Origin: an uncultured delta proteobacterium
Lineage (GTDB): Bacteria; Desulfobacterota; Binatia; Binatales; Binataceae
Direction of reading: 5' to 3'
Assembly: GCA_963808235.1 (NCBI GenBank)
Contig: CAWEEQ010000004.1
Span: 960,001-1,024,000 of the forward strand
Length of the DNA: 64,000 bases
Shown here piece after piece: positions 1 through 10,204 of this stretch. Below the pieces are notes generated by a model, which was not told the origin of the DNA, made no database searches, and saw only the letters and a program-made list of their open reading frames with translations. The position numbers and the translations under genes were made by a program. Position 1 is the first letter of the stretch, and each line of letters begins with the position of its first letter.

Positions 1-779
1 TTCATGTCGGTCATGATCCGTTCGAGCGATAGGCCCATAGGGAAGTAGCCGGCATAGATGATCTTGTCGGCGCCCCTCGTATTCGCATAACGAATGATCG
101 CTTCCGGATAGTGCTTGGGCGCGAATGCCGAAGTCGAGTAGTAGAGGTTGGGCCATTTCAGCATCAGCTTCACGGCCAGGTCTTCCCAAGGCTCGCATCC
201 ATGACGAGTCACGAAGACTAGTTCCGGGAAATCGTACATCACTTGGTCGATCAGGCGTACCTCCTGCGGCCACATCGGGAACCTCGGCCCCGGGACGCCG
301 GCGCACGCGAAGATCGGCACGCCCAGCTCAACGCACTTGGCGTAAATCGGATACATTAACGCGTCGCCGATACCGACTTGCGGATTGTAGCCCGCGTTGA
401 AGGCGCCGAAAGCGCGCACACCATATTTTTCGTACTGCCGGACCAAGTCGCGGACGCCATCCATGCCGCGGTTCGGGTCCACGCCGCCCATGGGGATGAA
501 CCGGTCAGGATGGTCCTTCAGCGCCTTCGTCGCGATTTCCCCGCCGGCGCCGATGAGTCCCTTCTCAACGCCGAACCGATCCATCTCGTGCAGGGTCACC
601 GCAATCGGATCCTTCGATGATCCGTACAACTCCTTAGGCACTTGCTTGAACATGTACTCGACCGGGAAATCGAACTTCGCCGAAGGGTCCTTTAGCTGCG
701 CGCGGATAAAGTCGTACGCTTTGAAATCCTCGGCCGGAAAGCCGATCATTGTATCGATTATCCCGATGTCGGTGGGCAT
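1..779 (-). CDS. amidohydrolase family 2 protein (3' end outside window)
   Basis: Manual translation from ATG at 779: MPTDIGIIDTMIGFP...LHEMDRFGVEKGLIG...; downstream IVTRHG-type and YYSTSAF segments typical of LigI/amidohydrolase_2; not in ORF track because truncated. Confidence 0.8.
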   Translation of the reverse strand, partial: MPTDIGIIDTMIGFPAEDFKAYDFIRAQLKDPSAKFDFPVEYMFKQVPKELYGSSKDPIAVTLHEMDRFGVEKGLIGAGGEIATKALKDHPDRFIPMGGVDPNRGMDGVRDLVRQYEKYGVRAFGAFNAGYNPQVGIGDALMYPIYAKCVELGVPIFACAGVPGPRFPMWPQEVRLIDQVMYDFPELVFVTRHGCEPWEDLAVKLMLKWPNLYYSTSAFAPKHYPEAIIRYANTRGADKIIYAGYFPMGLSLERIMTDM

Positions 780-788
780 CCCCACAGC

Positions 789-2009
789 TTACGACGCCTC
801 CGAAAGCGCGTCCCGGAATAGATAGCAGGCGCTATCGCGGGGAATTTGTTCGCGCGGCAATGGCGTTTCCACTTGCGCCGGCGTCGGGCCGATTTTCGCC
901 GCCCGAAGTTTCAATTCCTCCAGGTCGAAGTTGTAGAGCGCCGCGGCGTTCAGTCCCAGCACCTTGCGCCGCCGCGAGTCCGGCATGTCGCCGAACGTCA
1001 GTCGCAACGACTCGAGGTTGTACGGGAACGTGCCCTCATAGTGAGGGTAGTCGTTGCCCCATAGGACGTGATCCTCGCCGATCTCATCGATACCTGCTAA
1101 GTCGGCTTTGCTCGGGAAGCTCGCGCCGTAGTAGCAGTGACGCTTGGCATAAGCACTCGGCGGCTCTTTCAGCGGCATCTCCATTCCAGCGTAGTTCATC
1201 TCGCCAAGAGCACCTGACTTGATCGCGTAGTAAGCACGATCGAGCTGCTTCAGTATCGCCGGAACCCAGTAGCAGCCGGACTCGGTAAGGATATGCTTGA
1301 GGCGCGGGAACTTCTCGAACACCCCGGCCATCAGTAGGTGCCGGTAGCCGCATTGACCATAGTAGGCCACGTCCTGGATCCATATAGATGCGGCCACCAC
1401 GCTTTCGCCGTAGTCCGGCAGGCCCTGTCCCGTATGCTGATTCATGACGAGCCCATGGTCCTGGATAGCGGCAAACACGCGGTCCCATGCCGGGTCATAG
1501 AGCGGCTTCAGCCAGTGGGCGTCCGGCGGGATCAGCGGCAGGAGAACGCCGCCGCGCAGCCCCGACTTGGCGATAAACTCGATATCCTTGATCGCCTGGT
1601 CAAAGTCGTTCGGTAGGATGAGTCCAATCCCGGCGCGGCGAGTCGGGTCCTCGGCGCAGAAATCCTTCAGCCAGCGATTGTGCGCACGGATACCGGCCAG
1701 GCACTGTTGGAAATTTTCAGGCTTCGGTGGATGCGCCGTCACGATGCTCTTCCGATAGAACGGCGGCACGGTGTTGGGGAACACCACTTCGCCGACGACT
1801 CCCTGGCTATCCTGGTCTTTGTTGCGGATGCCGTAATCCCAGTTGCGCATCTTCTTGGAGCCGTAGTGCTCCTGCGAAGGGTTCTTGTACCCGCCCCGCC
1901 ATTCATCAAACGCCTCGCGCCACTGGGGATCGAGGTATTCGCGGTACTGCGCATGGCTGCCGCCCCCGTGCGTATCCGCAGTGATAAGTATGTAGGGCTC
2001 TTGGGACAT
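789..2009 (-). CDS. amidohydrolase family protein
   Basis: ITADTH metal-binding start, NQH, ILTESG and WGNDYPHYEG motifs. Confidence 0.88.
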   Translation of the reverse strand: MSQEPYILITADTHGGGSHAQYREYLDPQWREAFDEWRGGYKNPSQEHYGSKKMRNWDYGIRNKDQDSQGVVGEVVFPNTVPPFYRKSIVTAHPPKPENFQQCLAGIRAHNRWLKDFCAEDPTRRAGIGLILPNDFDQAIKDIEFIAKSGLRGGVLLPLIPPDAHWLKPLYDPAWDRVFAAIQDHGLVMNQHTGQGLPDYGESVVAASIWIQDVAYYGQCGYRHLLMAGVFEKFPRLKHILTESGCYWVPAILKQLDRAYYAIKSGALGEMNYAGMEMPLKEPPSAYAKRHCYYGASFPSKADLAGIDEIGEDHVLWGNDYPHYEGTFPYNLESLRLTFGDMPDSRRRKVLGLNAAALYNFDLEELKLRAAKIGPTPAQVETPLPREQIPRDSACYLFRDALSEAS

Positions 2010-2109
2010 ATAGACCTCCCGTGCCGCCCTATTACCACACCTTCCAGCCGCCAGTCACCAGCGATCCGTCTTTGTATGCGAGCCGTGTGTGGCGGGCTAT
2101 TATGCGCCG

Positions 2110-3585
2110 ATGAATCAGACCACTGCGCCCTGTAGAAACGAGCTCAGGAGCATCGCGCGACGAGCGATGCTTGAACGAAACCTGCTGCCCGAGTTTTCCG
2201 CCGCGGTCGTGGCGGAGACCGGCTCCATCGCGAGCGCGGCTGCCGCGACGGATTCATCGCTGAGAGACTTGAGGCACCTGCTCTGGGCGTCGATCGACAA
2301 CGATGATTCGCTCGACCTCGATCAGCTTTCGGTCGCGGAACAACTCCCGGCCGGAACCGTGAAGATTTTAGTTGCAGTGGCCAACGTCGACGCGATCGTA
2401 AAAAAAGGTTCGGCGATCGATGACCACGCGCGCACCAACACCACCTCGGTTTATACCGCGGCCGAAATTTTCCCGATGCTTCCCGAAAAGCTCTCGACCG
2501 ATCTCACCTCGCTCGCCGACCGCAGGGAACGGCTGGCTATCGTGATCGAGATGGAAGTCGGCGCCGACGGCGCGGTGGGGAAGTCCGACATCTATCGCGC
2601 CGTGGTCGTGAATCGCGCGAAGCTCGCCTACAACGGGGTCGCGTCATGGCTCGATGGAACCGCGCCCGCGCCGGCGCCGATATCCGCCGTTCCGGGCCTC
2701 GACCAGAATCTCCGCCTCCAGGATCGGGTCGCGCAGGCGATGAAAACGCGGCGGCATCAACAGGGCGCGCTGACGCTGGAGACTATCGAGCCCCGCCCGG
2801 TGTTCGAGGGCGATTCGCTAAGCGATCTGAAAGCAGACCGGAAAAATCGCGCTACCGAGCTGATCGAAGACTTCATGATCGGGGCGAACGGCGTGACGGC
2901 AAGATACCTCGAACAGAAAGGGTTCCCGGCGCTGCGACGGGTTCTGCGCTCGCCTGAGCGATGGGCGCGAATTGTCGAGCTGGCAAGGGACTTGGGCGAG
3001 CAGCTGCCGCCGCGTCCCGACTGCCAGGCACTCCAGGCGTTCCTCCAGAAGCGGCGGCAGGCCGAACCCGAGCGCTTTCCGGACCTGTCGCTTTCCGTGG
3101 TCAAGTTGTTGGGCCGCGGCGAATACGTGCTCGAGCTTCCCGGCCAGCCGGTGGAGGGACACTTTGGGCTCGCGGTGAAGGATTACACGCATTCGACGGC
3201 GCCGAATCGGCGCTTCCCGGATTTGCTCACGCAGCGCCTGCTCAAGGCAGCGCTTTCCGGGACGCCGACGCCGTACCGCAACGACGAGCTTGGCGAATTG
3301 GCGCGGCACTGCACCGAGCAGGAAGACAACGCGACCAAAGTGGAGCGTCAGGTGCGCAAGTCGGCTGCCGCATTGCTGCTCGAATCGCGCGTGGGCGAGC
3401 GGTTTGACGCGATCGTGACGGGAGCTTCGTCGAAGGGGACATGGGCACGAATCGATCATCCCGCCGCGGAGGGTAAAGTCGTGCAAGGGTACAAGGGCCT
3501 TGATGTTGGCGATCATGTCCTCGTCGAGTTGGTCGACACCGACGTCGAGCGCGGCTTTGTCGATTTTGCACGAGTGAGAAAGTGA
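2110..3585 (+). CDS. RNB domain ribonuclease (RNase II/R family, short form with C-terminal S1)
   Basis: SIDNDDSLDLDQ catalytic motif; HFGLA..YTHSTAPNRRFPDL signature. Confidence 0.92.
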   Translation: MNQTTAPCRNELRSIARRAMLERNLLPEFSAAVVAETGSIASAAAATDSSLRDLRHLLWASIDNDDSLDLDQLSVAEQLPAGTVKILVAVANVDAIVKKGSAIDDHARTNTTSVYTAAEIFPMLPEKLSTDLTSLADRRERLAIVIEMEVGADGAVGKSDIYRAVVVNRAKLAYNGVASWLDGTAPAPAPISAVPGLDQNLRLQDRVAQAMKTRRHQQGALTLETIEPRPVFEGDSLSDLKADRKNRATELIEDFMIGANGVTARYLEQKGFPALRRVLRSPERWARIVELARDLGEQLPPRPDCQALQAFLQKRRQAEPERFPDLSLSVVKLLGRGEYVLELPGQPVEGHFGLAVKDYTHSTAPNRRFPDLLTQRLLKAALSGTPTPYRNDELGELARHCTEQEDNATKVERQVRKSAAALLLESRVGERFDAIVTGASSKGTWARIDHPAAEGKVVQGYKGLDVGDHVLVELVDTDVERGFVDFARVRK

Positions 3586-3592
3586 GAAAATC

Positions 3593-4381
3593 ATGAAATC
3601 GCGCAAGCCGGATCCGCCGCCGACCAATCCACCGCTCGCATATAAAGACGAGAAGTTTCTCGATAGCGATGAAGCCCGTCCGATACGGATTCTTGCCGAA
3701 TATCTCGAGCCGCTTGAGATCCTTTGCCGCGAGCAGGTACACGAGACAATCGTGTTCTTCGGCTCGGCGAGGACTACTCCCGACGGTCCGCTCGGCCGTT
3801 ACTATCAGGAGGCCCGCGAGCTTGCGCGACTGATCACTGTCTGGTCGAAGAGTCTTCGCGCGCACTGTCACCGCTACGTGATCTGCTCGGGCGGCGGCCC
3901 CGGAATCATGGAGGCGGCCAACCGCGGCGCTTCCGACGCCGGCGGCAGGACGATCGGGCTGAACATCGGGCTGCCGCATGAGCAGCGGCCCAATCCTTAC
4001 ATCACCCGCGGGCTATCCTTCGAGTTTCACTACTTCTTCATGCGCAAGCTGTGGTTCGCGCATCTTGCGCGGGCGCTGGTGGTTTTTCCCGGAGGTTTCG
4101 GCACGCTCGACGAAATGATGGAGATACTGACGCTGAAGCAAACGGAGAAACTGGATCGCCCGATCATTGTGCTTCTCTACGGCTCGCAATACTGGAAAGA
4201 GATCATCAATTTCGACGCGCTGGTCCGGCATGGCATGATAAGCCCCGAAGATCTCAAGCTGTTCAAGTTTGCCGACTCTCCAGCCGCGGCGCTTGGCTTG
4301 CTGCAGAAGGGACTGAGCGCACAGCCTGAGGAAACCCCGCCAGCCTTCGCGCACTCGTGCACGCCTTCGGGTGAGCGTTGA
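3593..4381 (+). CDS. LOG family (TIGR00730-like) nucleotide phosphoribohydrolase
   Basis: FFGSAR, SGGGPGIMEAANRGA, FFMRK, PGGFGTLDE motifs. Confidence 0.92.
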   Translation: MKSRKPDPPPTNPPLAYKDEKFLDSDEARPIRILAEYLEPLEILCREQVHETIVFFGSARTTPDGPLGRYYQEARELARLITVWSKSLRAHCHRYVICSGGGPGIMEAANRGASDAGGRTIGLNIGLPHEQRPNPYITRGLSFEFHYFFMRKLWFAHLARALVVFPGGFGTLDEMMEILTLKQTEKLDRPIIVLLYGSQYWKEIINFDALVRHGMISPEDLKLFKFADSPAAALGLLQKGLSAQPEETPPAFAHSCTPSGER

Positions 4382-6278
4382 ACGGAGACCCTTCGAGCCT
4401 ACAAAAGCGTTCCATGCGTGCGATTCAACCTGTGCTCGGCTGCTCCGCGCCTCGCATGCGCTTGATCGCGTCTCATCGGCCAGATTAAAGAAGTCTGCAG
4501 GAGCTAGTCGCATAGACCTCAACGGGGAGAGGGCGCTTCCAACGTCAAACACCGGGCCCAGCACAGCGATCGACGCTCGCAATTCGGGAGCTACCCCGAT
4601 TGACGCGCCCATCCGCGCCGACGGCGAGCAATCCATATCTTGGGACGATCAGTGTGACGTGCTGGTCGTTGGATTTGGCGCCGCGGGAGCTTGCGCTGCT
4701 ATCGAAGCTGCCAACGCGGGCGCCGAGGTCATCGTGACCGACCGCTTTGGCGGCGGCGGCGCGAGCGCCAAGAGCGGCGGCGTCGTGTATGCCGGCGGCG
4801 GCACTCGATTTCAAAAGACCGCCGGCTACGACGATTCCCCTGACGCGATGTACGAATATCTGTGTCAGGAAGTCGGCGACGCGGTCTCTTCGGCGACGCT
4901 CCGCGACTTCTGCGATCGCAGCGTCGAGATGATCGAATGGCTCGAGGCACACGGCGTCGAGTTCGATTCCACCGTGCCTCCGTGCAAGACCTCGTATCCC
5001 GCCGACGGCTACTACCTTTATTTCTCCGGCAACGAGACCGTTAAGCAGTATGCGAGCAAATATCCGCCCGCCCCGCGCGGCCATCGCGTCAAAGGCGCGG
5101 GCCTCTCCGGTGCGATGCTCTTTCGCGCGCTGCGCAAAAGCGTCCATGCCAGTGGCGCCCGCGTGATGACCCAATCTTCCGTCCGCCGCCTGGTTGTCGA
5201 CACCAGCGGCGCAGTGCTCGGCGCCGAACTCTGGCAGTTTGGCAAGGACAGCCTTGCCACACACCGCCATCACCGTCTCAGCCGATGGGCCGAACGCCTG
5301 TACTATCCGGCCCCCGGCATTTCGGACATGCTGCGCCGCCGCGCGCTCGCGGTCGAACTCGCGCACGCTCGTCCAGCGATGGTCCGCGCGCGTGGAGGAG
5401 TGATCCTCAGCACCGGTGGATTCATCTTCAATCGCGAGATGGTTGCGCGCCACGCGCCGAACTATTTGCAAAACTTTCGCCTCGGAACCTCAGGATGCGA
5501 CGGCAGCGGCATCCGCCTCGGCCAATCCGTCGGCGGAGAATCCGCGCGCCTCGAGCGCGTCTCGGCGTGGCGCTTCATCAATCCACCGCTCGCGTGGGCG
5601 CGCGGCATGATCGTCGATACAACCGGCGCCCGCTTCTGCAACGAAGAGGTGTACGGCGCAAAACTCGGCTACGAAATGTGCGAGTATCACAACGGCAAGG
5701 CATGGCTCGTGATCGATTCGACAATCCGCCGCGACGCGATCCGCGAAGCCCTGTATGGCGGTCTCTGGGGATTCCAGAGCGTCCCCGCCCTCGTCCTGAG
5801 CTATGCGGGCGCGAAACGCGGCCCCTCGATCGAGGATCTCGCCCAACGGATCGGCGCCGATCCGGCGGTCTTTGTCCGAAACTTGCGATGCTACAATTAC
5901 GCCGCGCACACCGGCGATGATCCTCTCGGCAAGTCGCGCGATTTGCTCCATCCGCTCGAGACGTCGCCCTTCTACGCGCTCGACATCTCAGCCGACAAGC
6001 GCGTCTTCCCCTGCGCCGCGTTGACCCTCGGTGGCCTCCGCGTCGACGAGACCGACGGCGCTGTACGTACTCCCGCCGGCGCGACGATTCCCGGCCTCTA
6101 CGCCGCGGGCCGCTCGGCGGTGGGGATCGCATCGAATCATTACGTGAGCGGCCTCGCGCTCGCGGACTGCATATGGTCGGGCCGGCGCGCAGGCCGCGCC
6201 GCGGTGGCATCGATGATGCGCAAGCGCAAAGCGGGCGGGAGCAATGGCGTAGCCGGTCAAAAGTCTGGGGAAGACCTC
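4371..6278 (+). CDS. FAD-binding dehydrogenase, 3-ketosteroid dehydrogenase-like; true start probably near 4600; in frame with downstream SDR
   Basis: WDDQCDVLVVGFGAAGACAAIEA, GGASAKSGG, TLGGLRVD, IPGLYAAG, YVSGLALADC (FAD_binding_2 / Kst family). Confidence 0.8.
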
Positions 6279-7016
6279 ATGGAACGAGTTCAGGGAAAAG
6301 TTGTGATTGTTACCGGCGCCGCCAGCGGCATCGGAATGCAGGATGCTCTCCTGCTCGCGAGCGAAGGCGCTCGCATCGTGATCACCGACCTCAACGAGGA
6401 CGGCGGCCGCTCACTCGCGCGAGAGATTGGCGATGCCGCGATGTTCGTCCGTCACGACATCTCGAGCGAGGACAACTGGAAGACTGTGATGGCTGCCACG
6501 ATCGAAAAGTTTGGCCGCCTCGACGGGCTGGTCAACAACGCCGGCATCCTGGCGATGGGTTCGATTGAGGACGCGACGCTCGAGCAATGGCGCAATGTCC
6601 ATCGCGTCAACGCCGATGGCTACTTTCTCGGCTGCAAGTACGGTGTGGCTGCGATGAAATCGAGTGGCGGTGGCTCGATCGTGAACATGTCGTCGATCGC
6701 AGCGGAGGGCTTGCCGTTCGCCGTGTCCTACAGCGGCTCGAAAGGGTCGGTGGCCGCGCTTACTCACTCGGTCGCCGTCCACTGCAAGAGTTGCGGCTAT
6801 AGGATTCGCTGCAATTCGATTCATCCCGATGGCGTGCTGACGCCGATGACGCTGCCGCTGATGGGCAATCCCGACCCAGCAGCTGTTAGTTACGATGCGG
6901 ACCCGACGTCGCGCTTTTGCGATCCAAAGGACGTCGCGAACCTGGTGCTGTTTCTGATTTCCGATGAGTCGCGTTTCATCAGCGGAGCGCAACTCAAGAT
7001 CACCAACGCGCACTGA
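6279..7016 (+). CDS. SDR oxidoreductase, hydroxysteroid dehydrogenase-like
   Basis: Own ATG with upstream GGGGAAG; TGAASGIG, NNAG, YSGSK; no stop between it and the upstream ORF. Confidence 0.85.
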   Translation: MERVQGKVVIVTGAASGIGMQDALLLASEGARIVITDLNEDGGRSLAREIGDAAMFVRHDISSEDNWKTVMAATIEKFGRLDGLVNNAGILAMGSIEDATLEQWRNVHRVNADGYFLGCKYGVAAMKSSGGGSIVNMSSIAAEGLPFAVSYSGSKGSVAALTHSVAVHCKSCGYRIRCNSIHPDGVLTPMTLPLMGNPDPAAVSYDADPTSRFCDPKDVANLVLFLISDESRFISGAQLKITNAH

Positions 7017-7057
7017 GCCGTGCACCACTCAACAGGACGTCCGTGTCCAGCGTGCCG

Positions 7058-7885
7058 CTAGCCGTTGCGGAGAAAATCGAGGCAGGTGCGATTGAACAGG
7101 TCGCGGTGCTCGACCATCACCCAGTGACCGCATCGGTTCAGCAGAGTGAAGCGGGCTTGGGGGCATCGCTCGAGGATTTTCATCGCGCCGCCGACCGGGT
7201 TGAAGCGATCGTTGATTCCCCAGAAGCCCAGCACCGGGCATCGAATTTCACCAAGCCGCTCGGCCATGTTGGGCACGCGCATCGTCGATAGCACCGTACG
7301 CGGCTGCGTCGCGCACACTCCGACGCGCTCGGCTAGCAACTCCGCTGTGATATGAGAGGGATCGTGCAGCTGCAGGGTGAGCAGCCGGCGCATCGATTCG
7401 GTATCCATCGGGCCCGCCGAAAAGAGTTCGATCATTTTCCGAATGCCTTCCATCTCCAAGTAGGCGGGAAGCTCTTCGATTCCGCCGGGCGCCATCAGAA
7501 TCAACCTGCTTACAATGTTCGGATGATCCAACGTGTACTTGAGTGCGATCGCGCCGCCTAGCGAGTTGCCAAGCAGCGTGCATCGCTCGAGGCCAAGCTT
7601 GGTGAGCAGTCCGTGTATAGCTTCGACGAAGAAGTCCAGAACGTAGTTGGTGTCCGGCTTTGAGGACAGACCGAAGCCCGGCAGATCCGGCACGATCGCT
7701 CGATAGCCAGCCGTGGCGAACACCCGAAAGTTGCCCTTGAAGTTGCTATAGCCACTTGCGCCGGGTCCGCTCCCGTGAAGGAACACGATCGGCTCGCCGC
7801 TCCCGGCTTCGTGATAGTGGATCGATAGCCCGCCGTCAGTAAGAGCGTACTTGCCTTCGGGAATCGGACGGGCGCCAGTGGTCAT
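7058..7885 (-). CDS. alpha/beta hydrolase, meta-cleavage product hydrolase (HsaD/BphD-like)
   Basis: LHGSGPGASG, GNSLGG nucleophile motif, CGHWVMVE. Confidence 0.88.
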   Translation of the reverse strand: MTTGARPIPEGKYALTDGGLSIHYHEAGSGEPIVFLHGSGPGASGYSNFKGNFRVFATAGYRAIVPDLPGFGLSSKPDTNYVLDFFVEAIHGLLTKLGLERCTLLGNSLGGAIALKYTLDHPNIVSRLILMAPGGIEELPAYLEMEGIRKMIELFSAGPMDTESMRRLLTLQLHDPSHITAELLAERVGVCATQPRTVLSTMRVPNMAERLGEIRCPVLGFWGINDRFNPVGGAMKILERCPQARFTLLNRCGHWVMVEHRDLFNRTCLDFLRNG

Positions 7886-8077
7886 CGAATCCTCCGTGCG
7901 GAACGACGCAAGATGGCAAAGAGTTACAGGCGAAGATTTACAGATGTCGAGAGGGTCCGCAAAGGGATCGATACCGGAAATTCAGATTGAGATACTACGG
8001 TGAGCCAGTGAAACACGCCCCATTGTCTCGATGATCGAATCGTTGTAAATCCCATGCGGGACGGGGGTGACAAAACA

Positions 8078-8380
8078 ATGAAGACAAACGTGAAAGATGC
8101 AGATTTGTTGAGCCGGTGCGCACAGCGAGTTCTGACTCTGGTGGCTTTGGCTACGATGCTCGCGCTGTCGGGGTGTTATCTTTTTTCGCCATCGCAGCAG
8201 TCTGTAGATAAGCTGCAAACGCGACTGCATTTCGATTTATCGCAATGCCAGCAGACTGCTACCAACGTATACAAATGTCCGAACGTAGACAGGTCGATCT
8301 GCGGACCATTTTACGCGGGAGAGCAGGTCAATTGCCTCTACCTGGATAAAGACGGGAGCGTGATGGTGCAGAAGCAATAG
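8078..8380 (+). CDS. small Cys-containing lipoprotein
   Basis: Hydrophobic stretch then LSGC lipobox; four further Cys. Confidence 0.6.
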   Translation: MKTNVKDADLLSRCAQRVLTLVALATMLALSGCYLFSPSQQSVDKLQTRLHFDLSQCQQTATNVYKCPNVDRSICGPFYAGEQVNCLYLDKDGSVMVQKQ

Positions 8381-8475
8381 CGGTCGCACGCGATCGGTTT
8401 GCGATGGCCGAAAAGATCAAGCTCGCTCCGACTAGGGTGTCGGGCGAGAGTCCGGAGAATTTGAAGAGGGTGCGC

Positions 8476-8664
8476 CTAGATTCGTGGCTTTGATTTGGTC
8501 GCGGATTGCGGACGGCGATTGGCCATATCCAAAAGTCCGGCGAGCTCGACCTTAACGACCAGGCGCCCGGGAAAATGCTTTATCGCCAGATAGCGGGCGT
8601 CCGCAGCACGAAGTGCCTCGACTATCTCCGCGGTTCCATCGGCAAAACTTGCTTTGAAAATCAT
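8476..8664 (-). CDS. small hypothetical protein
   Basis: MIFKASFADGTAEIVEA... preceded by GGAGAATACGAGG purine-rich RBS. Confidence 0.5.
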   Translation of the reverse strand: MIFKASFADGTAEIVEALRAADARYLAIKHFPGRLVVKVELAGLLDMANRRPQSATKSKPRI

Positions 8665-8847
8665 CCTCGTATTCTCCGTGATGACTAACCCGCTTACGAT
8701 TCTACAACTTGCTATATTGGAGCCAAAGGATTTCGACACAAACCGCGCGCAATGACTTACGTTCGTGAAAGATGGGACCGCCGCAAATTATCCCAAATCC
8801 GTTTTCCGATTGTTCAAAAGTAAACGAACCCTGAAAAGGACGCGCAG

Positions 8848-9252
8848 ATGAACTACTTTCTTGCGAAGACCGACCCGGAGACCTACTCCATCGACGACCT
8901 CGAACGCGAAAAGCGCACAAGCTGGGACGGGGTGACGAATCCTCAGGCGGTTCGCGCGATACGATCGATGCATACCGGCGACCGCGTGTTCATTTATCAT
9001 AGCGGCCTTGGTGTCGTAGGGATTGCGCTGGTTCGATCGGAATCGCGCGACGATCCGAAGAACCCGAAGTCGGCAGTGGTGGATCTGGAGTTTGCCGGAC
9101 GCCTGGACGCGCCCGTAACGCTCACCGAAATCAAAGGGTCGCACCTGTTCGACGATTGGGCGCTGGTGCGCCAGGGGCGACTCTCGACGATGGCGGCGCC
9201 TGAAAAATTCGTAGCCTGGATGCGCAAGCGAAATCCGAAGGCGAAGATCTAG
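8848..9252 (+). CDS. EVE domain protein
   Basis: YFLAKTDPETYSIDDL, WDGVTNPQA, GDRVFIYHSG, RQGRLS. Confidence 0.92.
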   Translation: MNYFLAKTDPETYSIDDLEREKRTSWDGVTNPQAVRAIRSMHTGDRVFIYHSGLGVVGIALVRSESRDDPKNPKSAVVDLEFAGRLDAPVTLTEIKGSHLFDDWALVRQGRLSTMAAPEKFVAWMRKRNPKAKI

Positions 9253-9283
9253 AGTGATCGCGCGATCGCGCAAGAGCGATGAG

Positions 9284-10186
9284 TTAGCGGCTACTCTCCG
9301 CAGCGAAGAACGAGTTTAGTGCTGCGAGCGACTGTGCAGTGTCGTGGCCTTGTTCCCAATCGGTCGCTAGCTGCTCGTAGAGACGAGCCGCGCCCATGTA
9401 GATTGTGCCGCCGGTCCCGGCATCGCCGACAAATTCGGAAATTTGCTCCATCTCGTCCACCCATCGATAGGCTTTCGAGTACATAGCTGGAATCCTCGCC
9501 GTAAGCATCGCGAGCAACTGAGGCTGACTGCGCGCTAGTTCTTCGCGTAGCGCTGAAGCGAGTCCGGCCCGCGATGCGGCTCCAACCATCGCGGCACCAA
9601 TCGCGATCAACCCCTTCGTGAGTCCAGCATACGACATTTTCAGCGCCGAGGCGGCGCCGATACCACCGTCGACGACCGCGACGTCGAGTCCGAACGTGCG
9701 GATCGTGGTCAGTTGATGAGCGCGATCGCCCGAAGCGTAGAAGCGCGGCCCCCTGCCGGCGCCTCCAGCACGTGGCGGACCACCTATGATCCCCGCGTCG
9801 ATGAATCCGCAACCTGTTGTGGCCAATGAGTCGGCGATAAGACGCACCGTCGCGGGAGAGACCGCATTGCAATCCACAAAGATCGGTTTCACGGCCACTG
9901 CCGCTAGCGACGCGCGAAGACGCTGCGCAACCCTTATCGCTTCGCCTGGCGGGACGATGGACAAGATAAAGGCGCTCTCTCGCACGAGTAGGTCATCGTC
10001 GTCGAGTACTTCGAGATTCGCGCGCCGGACGCGGTCCACGCTGGCGGGGCTGCGGCCCTTAAGAGAGGTTACAACGCGCGCGCCCGACTCGCGTAGTCGT
10101 TGCCCTACCGCGGAACCCATCTCGCCTGCGCCGATTATCGCGATAGTTTGCGCAATCGTTTCAGCCCGACGATTTGAATCGCTCAT
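9284..10186 (-). CDS. NAD(P)-dependent oxidoreductase (6PGD-like, DUF1932 C-terminus)
   Basis: IIGAGEMG, DCNAVSP, ASALKMSYAGLTKG, KAYRWVDEMEQI. Confidence 0.85.
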   Translation of the reverse strand: MSDSNRRAETIAQTIAIIGAGEMGSAVGQRLRESGARVVTSLKGRSPASVDRVRRANLEVLDDDDLLVRESAFILSIVPPGEAIRVAQRLRASLAAVAVKPIFVDCNAVSPATVRLIADSLATTGCGFIDAGIIGGPPRAGGAGRGPRFYASGDRAHQLTTIRTFGLDVAVVDGGIGAASALKMSYAGLTKGLIAIGAAMVGAASRAGLASALREELARSQPQLLAMLTARIPAMYSKAYRWVDEMEQISEFVGDAGTGGTIYMGAARLYEQLATDWEQGHDTAQSLAALNSFFAAESSR

Positions 10187-10204
10187 CGTGCGCTCTCCAA
10201 CGAC

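Noticed and set aside
8848-9252. EVE protein as part of a modification-dependent defence system
   Set aside because: Stand-alone, with no adjacent nuclease; a common housekeeping context.
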